A stretch of 64,000 nucleotides of DNA, from positions 8,707 to 72,706 of the forward strand of contig JBAXBR010000003.1 of the NCBI GenBank assembly GCA_037141855.1, in the 5' to 3' direction. How positions within the stretch are numbered: position 1 is the first letter of the stretch; the number at the start of each line of letters is the position of its first letter. The translations under genes were made by a program, and so were the position numbers. This document shows positions 1-8,357 of this stretch, in pieces. The notes beneath the pieces were generated by a model. It was not told where the DNA came from. It did not search any database and saw only the letters and a program-made list of their open reading frames with translations. The stretch comes from Actinomycetota bacterium (lineage in GTDB: Bacteria > Actinomycetota > Acidimicrobiia > Acidimicrobiales > Ilumatobacteraceae).

Positions 1-172
1 AGACGAAGCTGCGTGAACCGCACTTACGTTGCTGAACGAAATTACAGGTGCCACTAGTGCGACCACCATGAATAAACACAGTGCACGAGTGATGCGAACA
101 CGCAACGACTTTGCGTTTGAAAATATATGTTCAAAACTTTTCATGTGTTTTTTGCTCAGGTTCTTTTCGAAA

Positions 173-259
173 TTGACTTGGATAAAAATTGGATTGCATT
201 TGGATTTAGCAGGCAGTGAGTTTGACGACTTTTGGTTCAGAATTGGATTTTGATAATCC
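173..259 (+). promoter_or_regulatory. Array of helically phased TTGGAT direct repeats in the AT-rich region upstream of the 350..3005 operon (candidate operator)
   Basis: TTGGAT starts at 178, 189 and 200 (exact 11-bp spacing). TTGGTT at 232 and TTGGAT at 243 are again 11 bp apart. The region is AT-rich and has no credible ORF. Confidence 0.4.
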
Positions 260-349
260 TCAACTTGTGGCAACTATCCCTCAAACAAAATAGAAACATC
301 AGACAAAACATCTGTAGGTCAATGAATTGGCACTTGTAGCCTTCGAAAC

Positions 350-865
350 ATGACTACACCACATCTCACGAATCGATTTGCAATTGATGAGTCTTCTCGA
401 TCGGTTTATCGCACTGTGCTAAGCGCGTTGGCTTTGAGTTTGTTGTTTTGTGCAACGTTGATCGCACGTGGATGGCAACCAATGGGGAATAGTGCCACTC
501 AAGTACGTTCGGCAATCGCGCCGAACATGCCTGTGAGCAGTCAAATTGAAGATCAGTTTGGAGTTCGCTTCTTAGGAGTGGATATCACTGCAGGAGGCGG
601 CATGCTGCAACTGCGCTACCAAGTGCTTGATAGCGCGAAGACCGAGGCATTGCATGACGCACAAACAGCACCGTTTGTGGTTGATAGTGCAGGTCACAAA
701 TTTGCTGACCCTGGAATCGTGGGGCACAGTCACATAGGCAAAACCAAAGAAGCAGGTACTACCGATTACATTCTCTTGGCAAATGCTCAAGGTGGCGTGA
801 AGTCAGGGATGTTTGTGACTATCCAAGTTGGAACATTCACACTCACACAGGTTCCAGTTCGATGA
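350..865 (+). CDS. Hypothetical membrane-anchored protein, first gene of a three-gene operon with CopCD
   Basis: 171-aa ORF with one N-terminal hydrophobic helix (VLSALALSLLFCATLIA). Its stop overlaps the next start (ATGA at 862-865). I recognise no family motif. Confidence 0.55.
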   Translation: MTTPHLTNRFAIDESSRSVYRTVLSALALSLLFCATLIARGWQPMGNSATQVRSAIAPNMPVSSQIEDQFGVRFLGVDITAGGGMLQLRYQVLDSAKTEALHDAQTAPFVVDSAGHKFADPGIVGHSHIGKTKEAGTTDYILLANAQGGVKSGMFVTIQVGTFTLTQVPVR

Positions 866-1266
866 AGAAATTTATTATTGCCGCATTTGCACTTTTGCTT
901 GCCGGTTGTGGAAGTTGTAGCACTACCTGCAAAGAAGGAATTACGTTTTATGTTGCCGAAGTTGCAGGCTCACTAGCTAGGGGCACTTCGCAAGAACTGA
1001 AAGTCTGTTTTGACGGTTCGTGCAAGACAATCGTTGTTTCGCGCAACAACGTAGGCGGTTCAATATTTGTGCCTTTTGGCGGAGTCGCTGGTAGCGGAAA
1101 TCACCACGTGACAGTCGATGGAACAACTGCAATTCATGGCGATTACAAAGGCAAGATCGAGAGTTACAAGCAGGTTCTCGATAACGGCTGTGGCACGTGC
1201 CGATTGGCGACCATCAAGATCGCTGCCGACGGATCGCTTACCCCGGCAGTTTCAGCACAGGGATGA
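862..1266 (+). CDS. Cys-rich lipoprotein of unknown function
   Basis: Signal peptide plus lipobox (MKKFIIAAFALLLAGC). The mature part has eight Cys, including CGSCSTTC and CGTC. Coupled by ATGA overlaps to both neighbours. Confidence 0.65.
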   Translation: MKKFIIAAFALLLAGCGSCSTTCKEGITFYVAEVAGSLARGTSQELKVCFDGSCKTIVVSRNNVGGSIFVPFGGVAGSGNHHVTVDGTTAIHGDYKGKIESYKQVLDNGCGTCRLATIKIAADGSLTPAVSAQG

Positions 1267-3005
1267 TTCGATGGTGGCGCTCCTGCGTCGCACTATTCAT
1301 CGTTTTTTTAGCGCTGCCTGCCTCAGCTGCACTCGCACATGCGGCCTTTTTGGGTGCAAGCATTTCTGATGGTTCTGTTATTTCGCAGGCTCCAGAAACT
1401 GTTGAGTTGGCCTTTGATGAAAAGGTTCTAGAGAGTGCGAGTTCCGTAAGTTTGGTCTATGTCGGAGAGGGTCGGAATGAATCTCTTCGCGTCTCAACTC
1501 AGAATTCTGGAACTGTTCTCATTGCTCGACTTCCCGTTCTTGCGAAAGGACAGTACCTACTGAGATTCATTGCGGTTGACCCCGCAGACTTGCATAAAAC
1601 CGTTGGATCAGTTTCCTTTGGTGTTGGCATTACCGCTCCGGTTTCTCATGCCTCTGAACAAATCACCAGCTCATGGTGGACCGCACTGGTCAGAGCAGTT
1701 TCGGATGTGCTGGTGTTCGCGATTATCGGTATGACAGTTATTTCATTTCAAGTAGTAAAGAAACGTAAATCATTCGTTGATCAGATAGTTAATTGGATCA
1801 TTCCAGCAGCATCTCTACTGTCGGTTGTTTGGGTTGCTCTGGTCGTTCTCGATGTTGCAAGCGTTGGGCTGGCAAACATCAATTTTGTCGCAGTGATGTT
1901 TACAAGCGATCCCGGGCGCAGAGCGGTCATTGGCATCCCGCTCGCGTATTGCTTTATCACGCTGGCGAAACAGCTTCGACGTTCGGTTGTAGATGAAGCT
2001 TCTATTTATCTTGCACGCATACTGGTCGGATTAGGAGTCTTACTCGCAGTTATTACCTCGATGGGCGGACACACTTCAGTGGGTGGAAATGTATTTGTCG
2101 GTCTGTTCATCCACAGCATTCATATGTATTCACTGGGTGCTTGGGTTGGCGTGCTCGGTGTGGCGTGGGTAATCGTCCAGAAGAATCACGAGGAGCGCTG
2201 GCTTTGGTTCGAAGCATCACGTGGGTTTCTTTGGTCTGCACCAACGGGAGTGATCACAGGAATCCTTCTCAGCGGTCGGGTTGCGGTCACGGTGACTTCA
2301 CTGTTGTCAACAAACTACGGAGTTCGCATCTTGGGGAAAGTCATCATCACGCTGTTGATGCTGTGCGGTGGTTACATGGCAGGAAGAAACATCCGAAAGA
2401 GTCGTAGGCCTGGATTCATTCTCGGAGAATTGGCTGCAGGTCTTGTAGCTATAGGTATCGCAGCAACGTTGGCTACGAGTGCTCCAGCTATAGGCCAACA
2501 ATTCGAGCCACTTGCTGCTGCTCAACCACAGGTCCTGGTGGGGAATTCACTTGATCTCACCGTCAATGCAAGTTTGGTTCCAGCGCAAACGGGACCAAAT
2601 ATTTTGCAAGTTCGCATCTTAAACACTCGAAAACCATCCCCGGGAGTGGTGCAAAACATTCTGGTCACTCTGTACTCGGGAGACGGAACCGCATTTGCAC
2701 AGCGCACTTCAAAAGCTGATGGTGGTGTTATTGAATGGAATGACATCAAGATCTCGACTCCAGGTGATGTGAGAATTCGAGTAGATGTTGAAAGACCCGA
2801 TTCACCGGTTCCTCCGTTTGCATCAAATTTCAATGTGTTGTCGCCACCCGTTGCAAGACACGAGACAGTGGTGTCAGATCGAAAATTGAAACCGATCAGC
2901 CAGTTTATTGCGCTGCTGATATTTGTTTGTGTGATGTGCATCGCGGGATGGGGTGCTGTTCGAAGCAAGATTCACAGAGCAAAATCCGCTTCCGACAATC
3001 GCTGA
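1263..3005 (+). CDS. Copper resistance CopC-CopD fusion protein (YcnJ-like)
   Basis: Signal peptide, then a CopC-type N-terminus ([31 protein letters not shown]), then a multi-TM CopD-like core, a C-terminal soluble beta-rich domain and a final TM helix. Start trimmed to ATG 1263, which overlaps the upstream stop (ggATGA). Confidence 0.85.
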   Translation: MIRWWRSCVALFIVFLALPASAALAHAAFLGASISDGSVISQAPETVELAFDEKVLESASSVSLVYVGEGRNESLRVSTQNSGTVLIARLPVLAKGQYLLRFIAVDPADLHKTVGSVSFGVGITAPVSHASEQITSSWWTALVRAVSDVLVFAIIGMTVISFQVVKKRKSFVDQIVNWIIPAASLLSVVWVALVVLDVASVGLANINFVAVMFTSDPGRRAVIGIPLAYCFITLAKQLRRSVVDEASIYLARILVGLGVLLAVITSMGGHTSVGGNVFVGLFIHSIHMYSLGAWVGVLGVAWVIVQKNHEERWLWFEASRGFLWSAPTGVITGILLSGRVAVTVTSLLSTNYGVRILGKVIITLLMLCGGYMAGRNIRKSRRPGFILGELAAGLVAIGIAATLATSAPAIGQQFEPLAAAQPQVLVGNSLDLTVNASLVPAQTGPNILQVRILNTRKPSPGVVQNILVTLYSGDGTAFAQRTSKADGGVIEWNDIKISTPGDVRIRVDVERPDSPVPPFASNFNVLSPPVARHETVVSDRKLKPISQFIALLIFVCVMCIAGWGAVRSKIHRAKSASDNR

Positions 3006-3717
3006 GTTCGCAGTTATGAAAATGGCTAGTTGGCGACTGGCAGTAGTCGCATTCTCCAATTACTGCTGCTGACGGGCTGAATTCCAGATTTAGACGTGCA
3101 TCGAACACGTATAACGAACCTTCCCACAGACCTCTGTCGCGGTATTCCTCGCCGTAGCGAACGATGCCACCTTCAATTTGGTAGATCTCTTTAAATCCAC
3201 GGTTTTTCATGATGAGTGACAACACTTCACAGCGGATTCCGCCGGTGCAGTAAGTGATGATGGGTTTGTCCTTTATGTGGTCGTATCTACCACTCTCTAA
3301 CTCAGCTATGAAATCACGAGTTGATTCGGTTTGTGGAACGATTGCGTCGCGGAATTTTCCAATCTTTGCTTCGAATGCATTGCGACCATCGAAGAAGACA
3401 ACATCCTTGCGGGAGGCAACAAGCTCGTTCACCTCTTTGGGTTGTAGATGAATGCCACCACCGACGACACCATTCTCATCGACAACGATTTCGTCGGGAA
3501 CCCCAAATGTCACAATCTCGTTTCGCACCTTGACGAGCAAGTCGGGGAAGTCGTCTTTACCACCATTGGACCATTTGAATTCCATGGCCTTAAAGGCTGG
3601 GTAACTGCGCGTTACTCGGATGTATTTCTTTACCTTGTCAATAGGTCCGCCAACTGTGCCATTGATGCCGTGCTTGGAAATGAGAATACGCCCGTGCAAA
3701 CCAAGTCCTTCACACAA
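2905..3717 (-). CDS. trhO: Rhodanese-domain tRNA uridine(34) hydroxylase TrhO (UPF0176/YceA family); the true start is probably upstream of 3717
   Basis: [20 protein letters not shown], the rhodanese loop YCTGGIRCE and a C-terminal Cys cluster. The frame stays open to 3807 and encodes the conserved ...[25 protein letters not shown] before the TTG at 3717, with no ATG/GTG/TTG in that segment. Confidence 0.8.
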   Translation of the reverse strand: MCEGLGLHGRILISKHGINGTVGGPIDKVKKYIRVTRSYPAFKAMEFKWSNGGKDDFPDLLVKVRNEIVTFGVPDEIVVDENGVVGGGIHLQPKEVNELVASRKDVVFFDGRNAFEAKIGKFRDAIVPQTESTRDFIAELESGRYDHIKDKPIITYCTGGIRCEVLSLIMKNRGFKEIYQIEGGIVRYGEEYRDRGLWEGSLYVFDARLNLEFSPSAAVIGECDYCQSPTSHFHNCELSDCRKRILLCESCFEQHPIPRCTSHKQISAAQ

Positions 3718-3835
3718 TGCACGCTGCCAAAGTCGTATGGCATCAGGGTCGCCAATTGGCGTGAACTTGTAATACAGGAGAATTTTAGAGGTACTTATGT
3801 GATTAGTTTATACGCTGTTTATATGGCGATTTGTT

Positions 3836-4330
3836 ATGAATGACTTCATGATCCGCCCCATGCGCGAATCGGACATGCAATTAGTTTGGGCAATCAATCA
3901 GGAGAACATTCCCGCTGTAGGTGAGGAAACGATTGAAGTGCTCTCTGGACTTTTATCAATGTCGAATATTTCCCTCGTCGCAGAAGCTGACGGATCGGTT
4001 GTTGCTTTTTGTATGGTCCTTGGGCCTGGAACAGAATATCGAAGTCCGAATTATCTGTATTTTTGCGAACGTTTTGATGATTTCATCTATTTAGATCGTG
4101 TTGCGGTCACGAGCAAATTCCAGGGGCAGGGAATAGGTGCTGAGTTATATCAAGAAGTTGAAAAGCTGGCGAACGCCGAAATTTTTGCACTCGAAGTCAA
4201 CACCAAACCAAGAAACGAAGGATCGTTGCGGTTCCATACCCGCGAAGGATTCACACAAATAGATGAAGTTGAAACTCGCCCAGGGAAAATGGTGGGTTTT
4301 ATGATCAAGCGATTGAAAGAGCAGGAATGA
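3836..4330 (+). CDS. GNAT family N-acetyltransferase
   Basis: Motif A, RVAVTSKFQGQGIGAELY, in a 164-aa protein. Confidence 0.85.
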   Translation: MNDFMIRPMRESDMQLVWAINQENIPAVGEETIEVLSGLLSMSNISLVAEADGSVVAFCMVLGPGTEYRSPNYLYFCERFDDFIYLDRVAVTSKFQGQGIGAELYQEVEKLANAEIFALEVNTKPRNEGSLRFHTREGFTQIDEVETRPGKMVGFMIKRLKEQE

Positions 4331-4333
4331 CGC

Positions 4334-5089
4334 ATGCAAAATGTTGCTGTTATCACTGGTGCCGCACAAGGAATTGGTCGCCGAACCGCTCAGGTACTGA
4401 ATGAACAGGGCTGGAGTTTGTTGTTGCTCGACCTTCAACCCGTAGATACATCCGAATACACCTCGGCATTGGCGCTATCAGGGGACATTTCCGAAGAGGA
4501 TTTCGTTGAAGATGCGGCAAAGAAATGTATGGATAAGTTCGGTCGCGTTGATGCGCTAGTGAACAATGCCGGCATTTCCTGTATTAGTTCCGCGCTCGAT
4601 ACCACTGCCGATCTATATCGCAAAGTTATCGATGTGAATTTGGTTGCGCCATTTTTGTTAGCAAAGGCATTCGGAAGATTGATGATCGCCAATGGTTCTG
4701 GTTCGGTAGTCAACGTCGCATCAGTTGCCGGCATGCAAGGAGTAGCCGATCGCTCTGCATACAACGCGAGCAAGCATGGTTTGATTGGTCTCACACGCAC
4801 TCTTGCAGTCGAATGGGGAGCGAAAGGTGTTCGAGTGAACGCTGTGTGTCCAGGTTGGGTAAAGACCGAAATGGACCACAAGGATCAAGCGGGTGGAAGC
4901 TACAGCGACGCCGACATTATGGACCACGTTCCAATGGGTCGGTTTGCCAAGCCAGACGACATTGCTCAGGCAATCGCATTCCTTTGTGATTCCTCGAAGT
5001 CTGGGTTTATTAATGGTGTTTCGCTACCGGTAGATGGTGGTTGGACCGCAGACGGCTCGTGGCAGTCACTTCGTCTGAAGCACCGTTAG
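4334..5089 (+). CDS. SDR family oxidoreductase
   Basis: VITGAAQGIGRR cofactor motif, NNAG, and the YNASKHG catalytic motif. Confidence 0.9.
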   Translation: MQNVAVITGAAQGIGRRTAQVLNEQGWSLLLLDLQPVDTSEYTSALALSGDISEEDFVEDAAKKCMDKFGRVDALVNNAGISCISSALDTTADLYRKVIDVNLVAPFLLAKAFGRLMIANGSGSVVNVASVAGMQGVADRSAYNASKHGLIGLTRTLAVEWGAKGVRVNAVCPGWVKTEMDHKDQAGGSYSDADIMDHVPMGRFAKPDDIAQAIAFLCDSSKSGFINGVSLPVDGGWTADGSWQSLRLKHR

Positions 5090-5119
5090 CACTAGGTTGT
5101 AAGTGTCAAAGGAGCCATC

Positions 5120-5221
5120 ATGGCAAACAAAGAACAGAATAAGAACAGCAACCAGAAAAAAGAAGCGAAGATGACGCTGAAAGAAAAGCGCGCGAAGAAG
5201 GCTGAAAAGAAGAAGTCTTAA
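5120..5221 (+). CDS. Small (33-aa) Lys-rich protein, absent from the ORF track
   Basis: AAGGAG at 5109-5114 lies 5 nt before ATG 5120. Product: MANKEQNKNSNQKKEAKMTLKEKRAKKAEKKKS. Its TAA overlaps the stop of the convergent methyltransferase within TTAA (5218-5221). Confidence 0.4.
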   Translation: MANKEQNKNSNQKKEAKMTLKEKRAKKAEKKKS

Positions 5222-5886
5222 AGCTTTTTAAAAATTACGACGCGAGCTTTGTCGCCGAAGTGCTTACTGCCTTCGGCGTAGATGTCGACTTCCACGTACT
5301 GCGGCTTAGTAATAGTTTTTGCATTGACCGCTTCAGTAATTGCTGACGCAAAATCGTTATCTTCCCAGTGTTGTTGATTGACCCCTGCGACGATTGTTGC
5401 GCCGGAACGGCAGACAGTGATCGCATCAATGAGTTCGTATGCGCCAAGGTGCCCGATGGTGAATGCACCCGCGCTTACAAAAAAGTCAAAGTAGTTAGCC
5501 GCAAAGTAAATGGTGTCAGTGAGGTCTGCTTCGTGGAGGTCTTCGTACACATTGGTGCCGTCTTCGCGTAATTTGGAACCCGCTACCGCGAGCATCTCAG
5601 GCGAGATGTCTACGCCTTCGATCACGCAATTCGGTCGTATCTTTGCGACCTCTTCTCCCACAGCTCCAGTTCCACAACCAATATCGATAACAGAGAACGT
5701 TCGATCAGCTGGCATGTGCTTGGCGAGAACTTCGGCAATTTTGGCAGGGTAGACGTACTGATGTTCTTCAATGAAGGTCTTGTCGTACGTTGGCGCCCAT
5801 TGTGCATACAGCTCGCGGCTGTCATCGGGGGTCATGAGGTTGTAAGCGTCAGAAAGGGTGATCTGTTTCTTTGATTTTTCGGCCAC
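5218..5886 (-). CDS. Class I SAM-dependent methyltransferase
   Basis: Motif I, VIDIGCGTGAVG, in a 222-aa protein. Confidence 0.85.
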   Translation of the reverse strand: MAEKSKKQITLSDAYNLMTPDDSRELYAQWAPTYDKTFIEEHQYVYPAKIAEVLAKHMPADRTFSVIDIGCGTGAVGEEVAKIRPNCVIEGVDISPEMLAVAGSKLREDGTNVYEDLHEADLTDTIYFAANYFDFFVSAGAFTIGHLGAYELIDAITVCRSGATIVAGVNQQHWEDNDFASAITEAVNAKTITKPQYVEVDIYAEGSKHFGDKARVVIFKKL

Positions 5887-5932
5887 GCGATTATTGTAAC
5901 TCCAGGCGTTTCACGCGAGCCGGGGGGTCGTA

Positions 5933-7468
5933 ATGAAAGTTCCATTAACTGTCGTAGATCACCTGCGTCGTGCAGAACAGGTGTACGGCCATCGCATTGC
6001 GTTCATCGACGAGCCCGATCAGCCTGCACAATCCTGGGGTACGCAGACCTACGCAGAAATGGCAAGACGGGCACGCGCACAAGCTGCAGCCTTAGACAAA
6101 TTGGGCGTTGCCCAAGGTGCCCGGGTTGCAGTAGTCAGTCAGAATTCGGCTCGGCTACTCACCAGTTTCTTTGGAGTGAGTGCTTACGGGCGCATTCTTG
6201 CTCCAATAAATTTTCGGCTTTCAGCGGAAGAAGTTGGCTACATCGTTGAGCATTGTGGCGCTGAAGTGCTGATTGTCGACCCTGAGCTTGAAGATTCGCT
6301 CAAAAATGTTTCTGCCAAACATCGTTTCGTCATCGGAGCGGAAAGTGATGAATTGTTGTACGACTATTCCGCAGAGCCACGGTCGTGGACGCCAGACGAA
6401 GATGCAACTGCGACGATCAACTACACCAGTGGTACTACTGCAAGGCCTAAAGGTGTCCAATTGACCCACCGCAATATTTGGTTGAACGCAGCAACGTTTG
6501 GTTGGCACATGGGAGTCAATGATCGCGACGTCTACCTGCATACTCTTCCCCAATTTCATTGCAATGGTTGGGGCATGGTGTACGCGGTTACCGCGATGGG
6601 TGGAACTCATGTTGTGCTTCGCAAAGTTGATGGAGCGGAAATACTTCGTCGTGTGGATCAACACGGAGTCACCTTGTTGTGCGGTGCTCCTGCTGTAGCA
6701 AATGCGATCATTGATGCTGCACATCAATTCGATTCTGGAGTTCCCGGCCGAGGAACCGTTCGTATGGTGGTTGCAGGTGCTCCGCCACCGTCTAAGACCA
6801 TTGAGCGTGTGGAGGTTGAGCTCGGTTGGCAGTTCAATCAGATCTACGGCCTAACCGAAACATCGCCGGTGCTCACCATTAATCGCCCATGTGCAGAAAC
6901 AGATGCATTAACTGTCGCGCAACGGTCTGTGGTGTTAAGTGCTGCAGGCGCGCCAACCTTGGGAACGGAAATTACAACTGACAGTTCTGGCGAAGTACTT
7001 GCCCGAAGCAATGTGGTGATGGACGGGTATTGGAATCAGCCAGAAGAGACTGGTAAAGCAATCGTGGATGGCTTCTTTCATACCGGAGACGGAGGAAGTG
7101 TCGGAGGCAGTCATGTTTTGACGATCAGCGATCGCAAAAAAGATGTCATCATCTCCGGTGGAGAGAATGTCAGTTCGATTGAGGTGGAAGATGCATTGTT
7201 TTCACATCCCGATGTCACCGAAGTTGCTGTCATTGGCATTCCAGATGAGAAATGGGGCGAATTAGTGATGGGTCTCGTAGTGAAGACTCCAGATTCAACG
7301 CTTTCGGAAGAAGAATTGATTGCTTACTGCCGAACCAAAATCGCTGCATATAAATGCCCCAAGAAGGTGGAGTTCAGGCTTGAGCTTTCACGAACAGCCA
7401 CAGGAAAATTACAGAAGTTCAAACTCCGTGCTCCATATTGGGACGGCTACACAAAGCAGGTGAATTGA
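5933..7468 (+). CDS. Acyl-CoA synthetase / AMP-dependent ligase
   Basis: AMP-binding motifs YTSGTTARPKGV, YGLTE, GDGG and the C-terminal ...GKLQKFKLR. Confidence 0.9.
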   Translation: MKVPLTVVDHLRRAEQVYGHRIAFIDEPDQPAQSWGTQTYAEMARRARAQAAALDKLGVAQGARVAVVSQNSARLLTSFFGVSAYGRILAPINFRLSAEEVGYIVEHCGAEVLIVDPELEDSLKNVSAKHRFVIGAESDELLYDYSAEPRSWTPDEDATATINYTSGTTARPKGVQLTHRNIWLNAATFGWHMGVNDRDVYLHTLPQFHCNGWGMVYAVTAMGGTHVVLRKVDGAEILRRVDQHGVTLLCGAPAVANAIIDAAHQFDSGVPGRGTVRMVVAGAPPPSKTIERVEVELGWQFNQIYGLTETSPVLTINRPCAETDALTVAQRSVVLSAAGAPTLGTEITTDSSGEVLARSNVVMDGYWNQPEETGKAIVDGFFHTGDGGSVGGSHVLTISDRKKDVIISGGENVSSIEVEDALFSHPDVTEVAVIGIPDEKWGELVMGLVVKTPDSTLSEEELIAYCRTKIAAYKCPKKVEFRLELSRTATGKLQKFKLRAPYWDGYTKQVN

Positions 7469-8343
7469 TGTTGAGTGACAAAGTAATTGACAATGCGGTT
7501 GAGCAATTCCATGAAGAGGGATATGCAATTGTTCGTGAGTTTCTACCGGAGAATGAATTGGTGGAGTTGCAAAGAAAGACTGGTGAGCTACGCGAAATTG
7601 CGCTGGAGCATCCAGTGACCTATCGCCATGGAAATTTGACGTACGAAATTCTTCCCGAAGAGCATTTCGGCAAGCGTTATGTCATTCAGGCATATTGGTT
7701 TGCATGGGCAGATGCGTATTTTGACCGCTTTCGAAGTAACCCGCGCTATCTGCAATTGCTTGAACCATTGATTGGACGAAACATCAAACAAGTAACGCAA
7801 CAAATTCATTGGAAACCGCCTGGAGCTCGGCTTACGGGATATCGATTCCATCAAGATCTGCGTTTCCGTGAAAGCAGAGAGGCGTACCAAGACGTAGTCC
7901 GTGACACCGTGACGATGGGATTAGCAATTGATCGAGCAACTGCTGAAAATGGATGCCTAAAAATTGTTCCACGTAGTCACACGATGGGTTATCTCGGTTT
8001 ATCCGACAACGGAGATGGTCAGATCATGAAAGGTCTCACTCAGAACGATGAACTTATTCAGGTGGGCATTCAACCATCACAGGTGATCGATGTTGTGCTC
8101 GAGCCGGGTGACCTCGCGGTGTGGGGGCTCATGACCGTTCATGGTTCATTGCCGAACGAATCCGTTAAGGAAAGAGCTTTCGCCATTTCGAGCTACGTAC
8201 GTGGCGAAACGTCGCAGCGCGGAGAATGGGCATTCAAAGATGGAAAGCCACAAATGCTCGGGGAAACACCACAGTTGTGCAAGAACGAAAAGCTCTTTCA
8301 TAACCTGGAGCCCCATTACGACGCGACCAAATGGTTTCTCTGA
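7468..8343 (+). CDS. Phytanoyl-CoA dioxygenase (PhyH) family Fe(II)/2-oxoglutarate oxygenase
   Basis: H-x-D (YRFHQDL) and the distal His (TVHGSLPN). Start trimmed to ATG 7468, which shares 1 nt with the upstream TGA. Confidence 0.85.
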   Translation: MLSDKVIDNAVEQFHEEGYAIVREFLPENELVELQRKTGELREIALEHPVTYRHGNLTYEILPEEHFGKRYVIQAYWFAWADAYFDRFRSNPRYLQLLEPLIGRNIKQVTQQIHWKPPGARLTGYRFHQDLRFRESREAYQDVVRDTVTMGLAIDRATAENGCLKIVPRSHTMGYLGLSDNGDGQIMKGLTQNDELIQVGIQPSQVIDVVLEPGDLAVWGLMTVHGSLPNESVKERAFAISSYVRGETSQRGEWAFKDGKPQMLGETPQLCKNEKLFHNLEPHYDATKWFL

Positions 8344-8357
8344 ACTAACCTGCGCTC

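Noticed and set aside
100-120. Small hairpin ACGCAA-cgact-TTGCGT followed by TTTGAAAA, possibly the terminator of a gene ending upstream of the window.
   Set aside because: The stem has only 6 bp, is AU-containing, and has a weak T-tract. The upstream gene cannot be seen, so the evidence is too weak to call.
29-253. 74-aa plus-strand ORF at the window start.
   Set aside because: It uses a TTG start and runs through the AT-rich repeat region. Its Phe/Leu-rich translation is what AT-rich non-coding DNA yields, and it has no SD. I treat this region as regulatory DNA instead.
1197-1262. Extended start of the CopCD ORF overlapping the lipoprotein gene by 70 nt.
   Set aside because: ATG 1263 gives a normal signal peptide directly followed by the CopC motif, and it forms an ATGA junction with the upstream stop.
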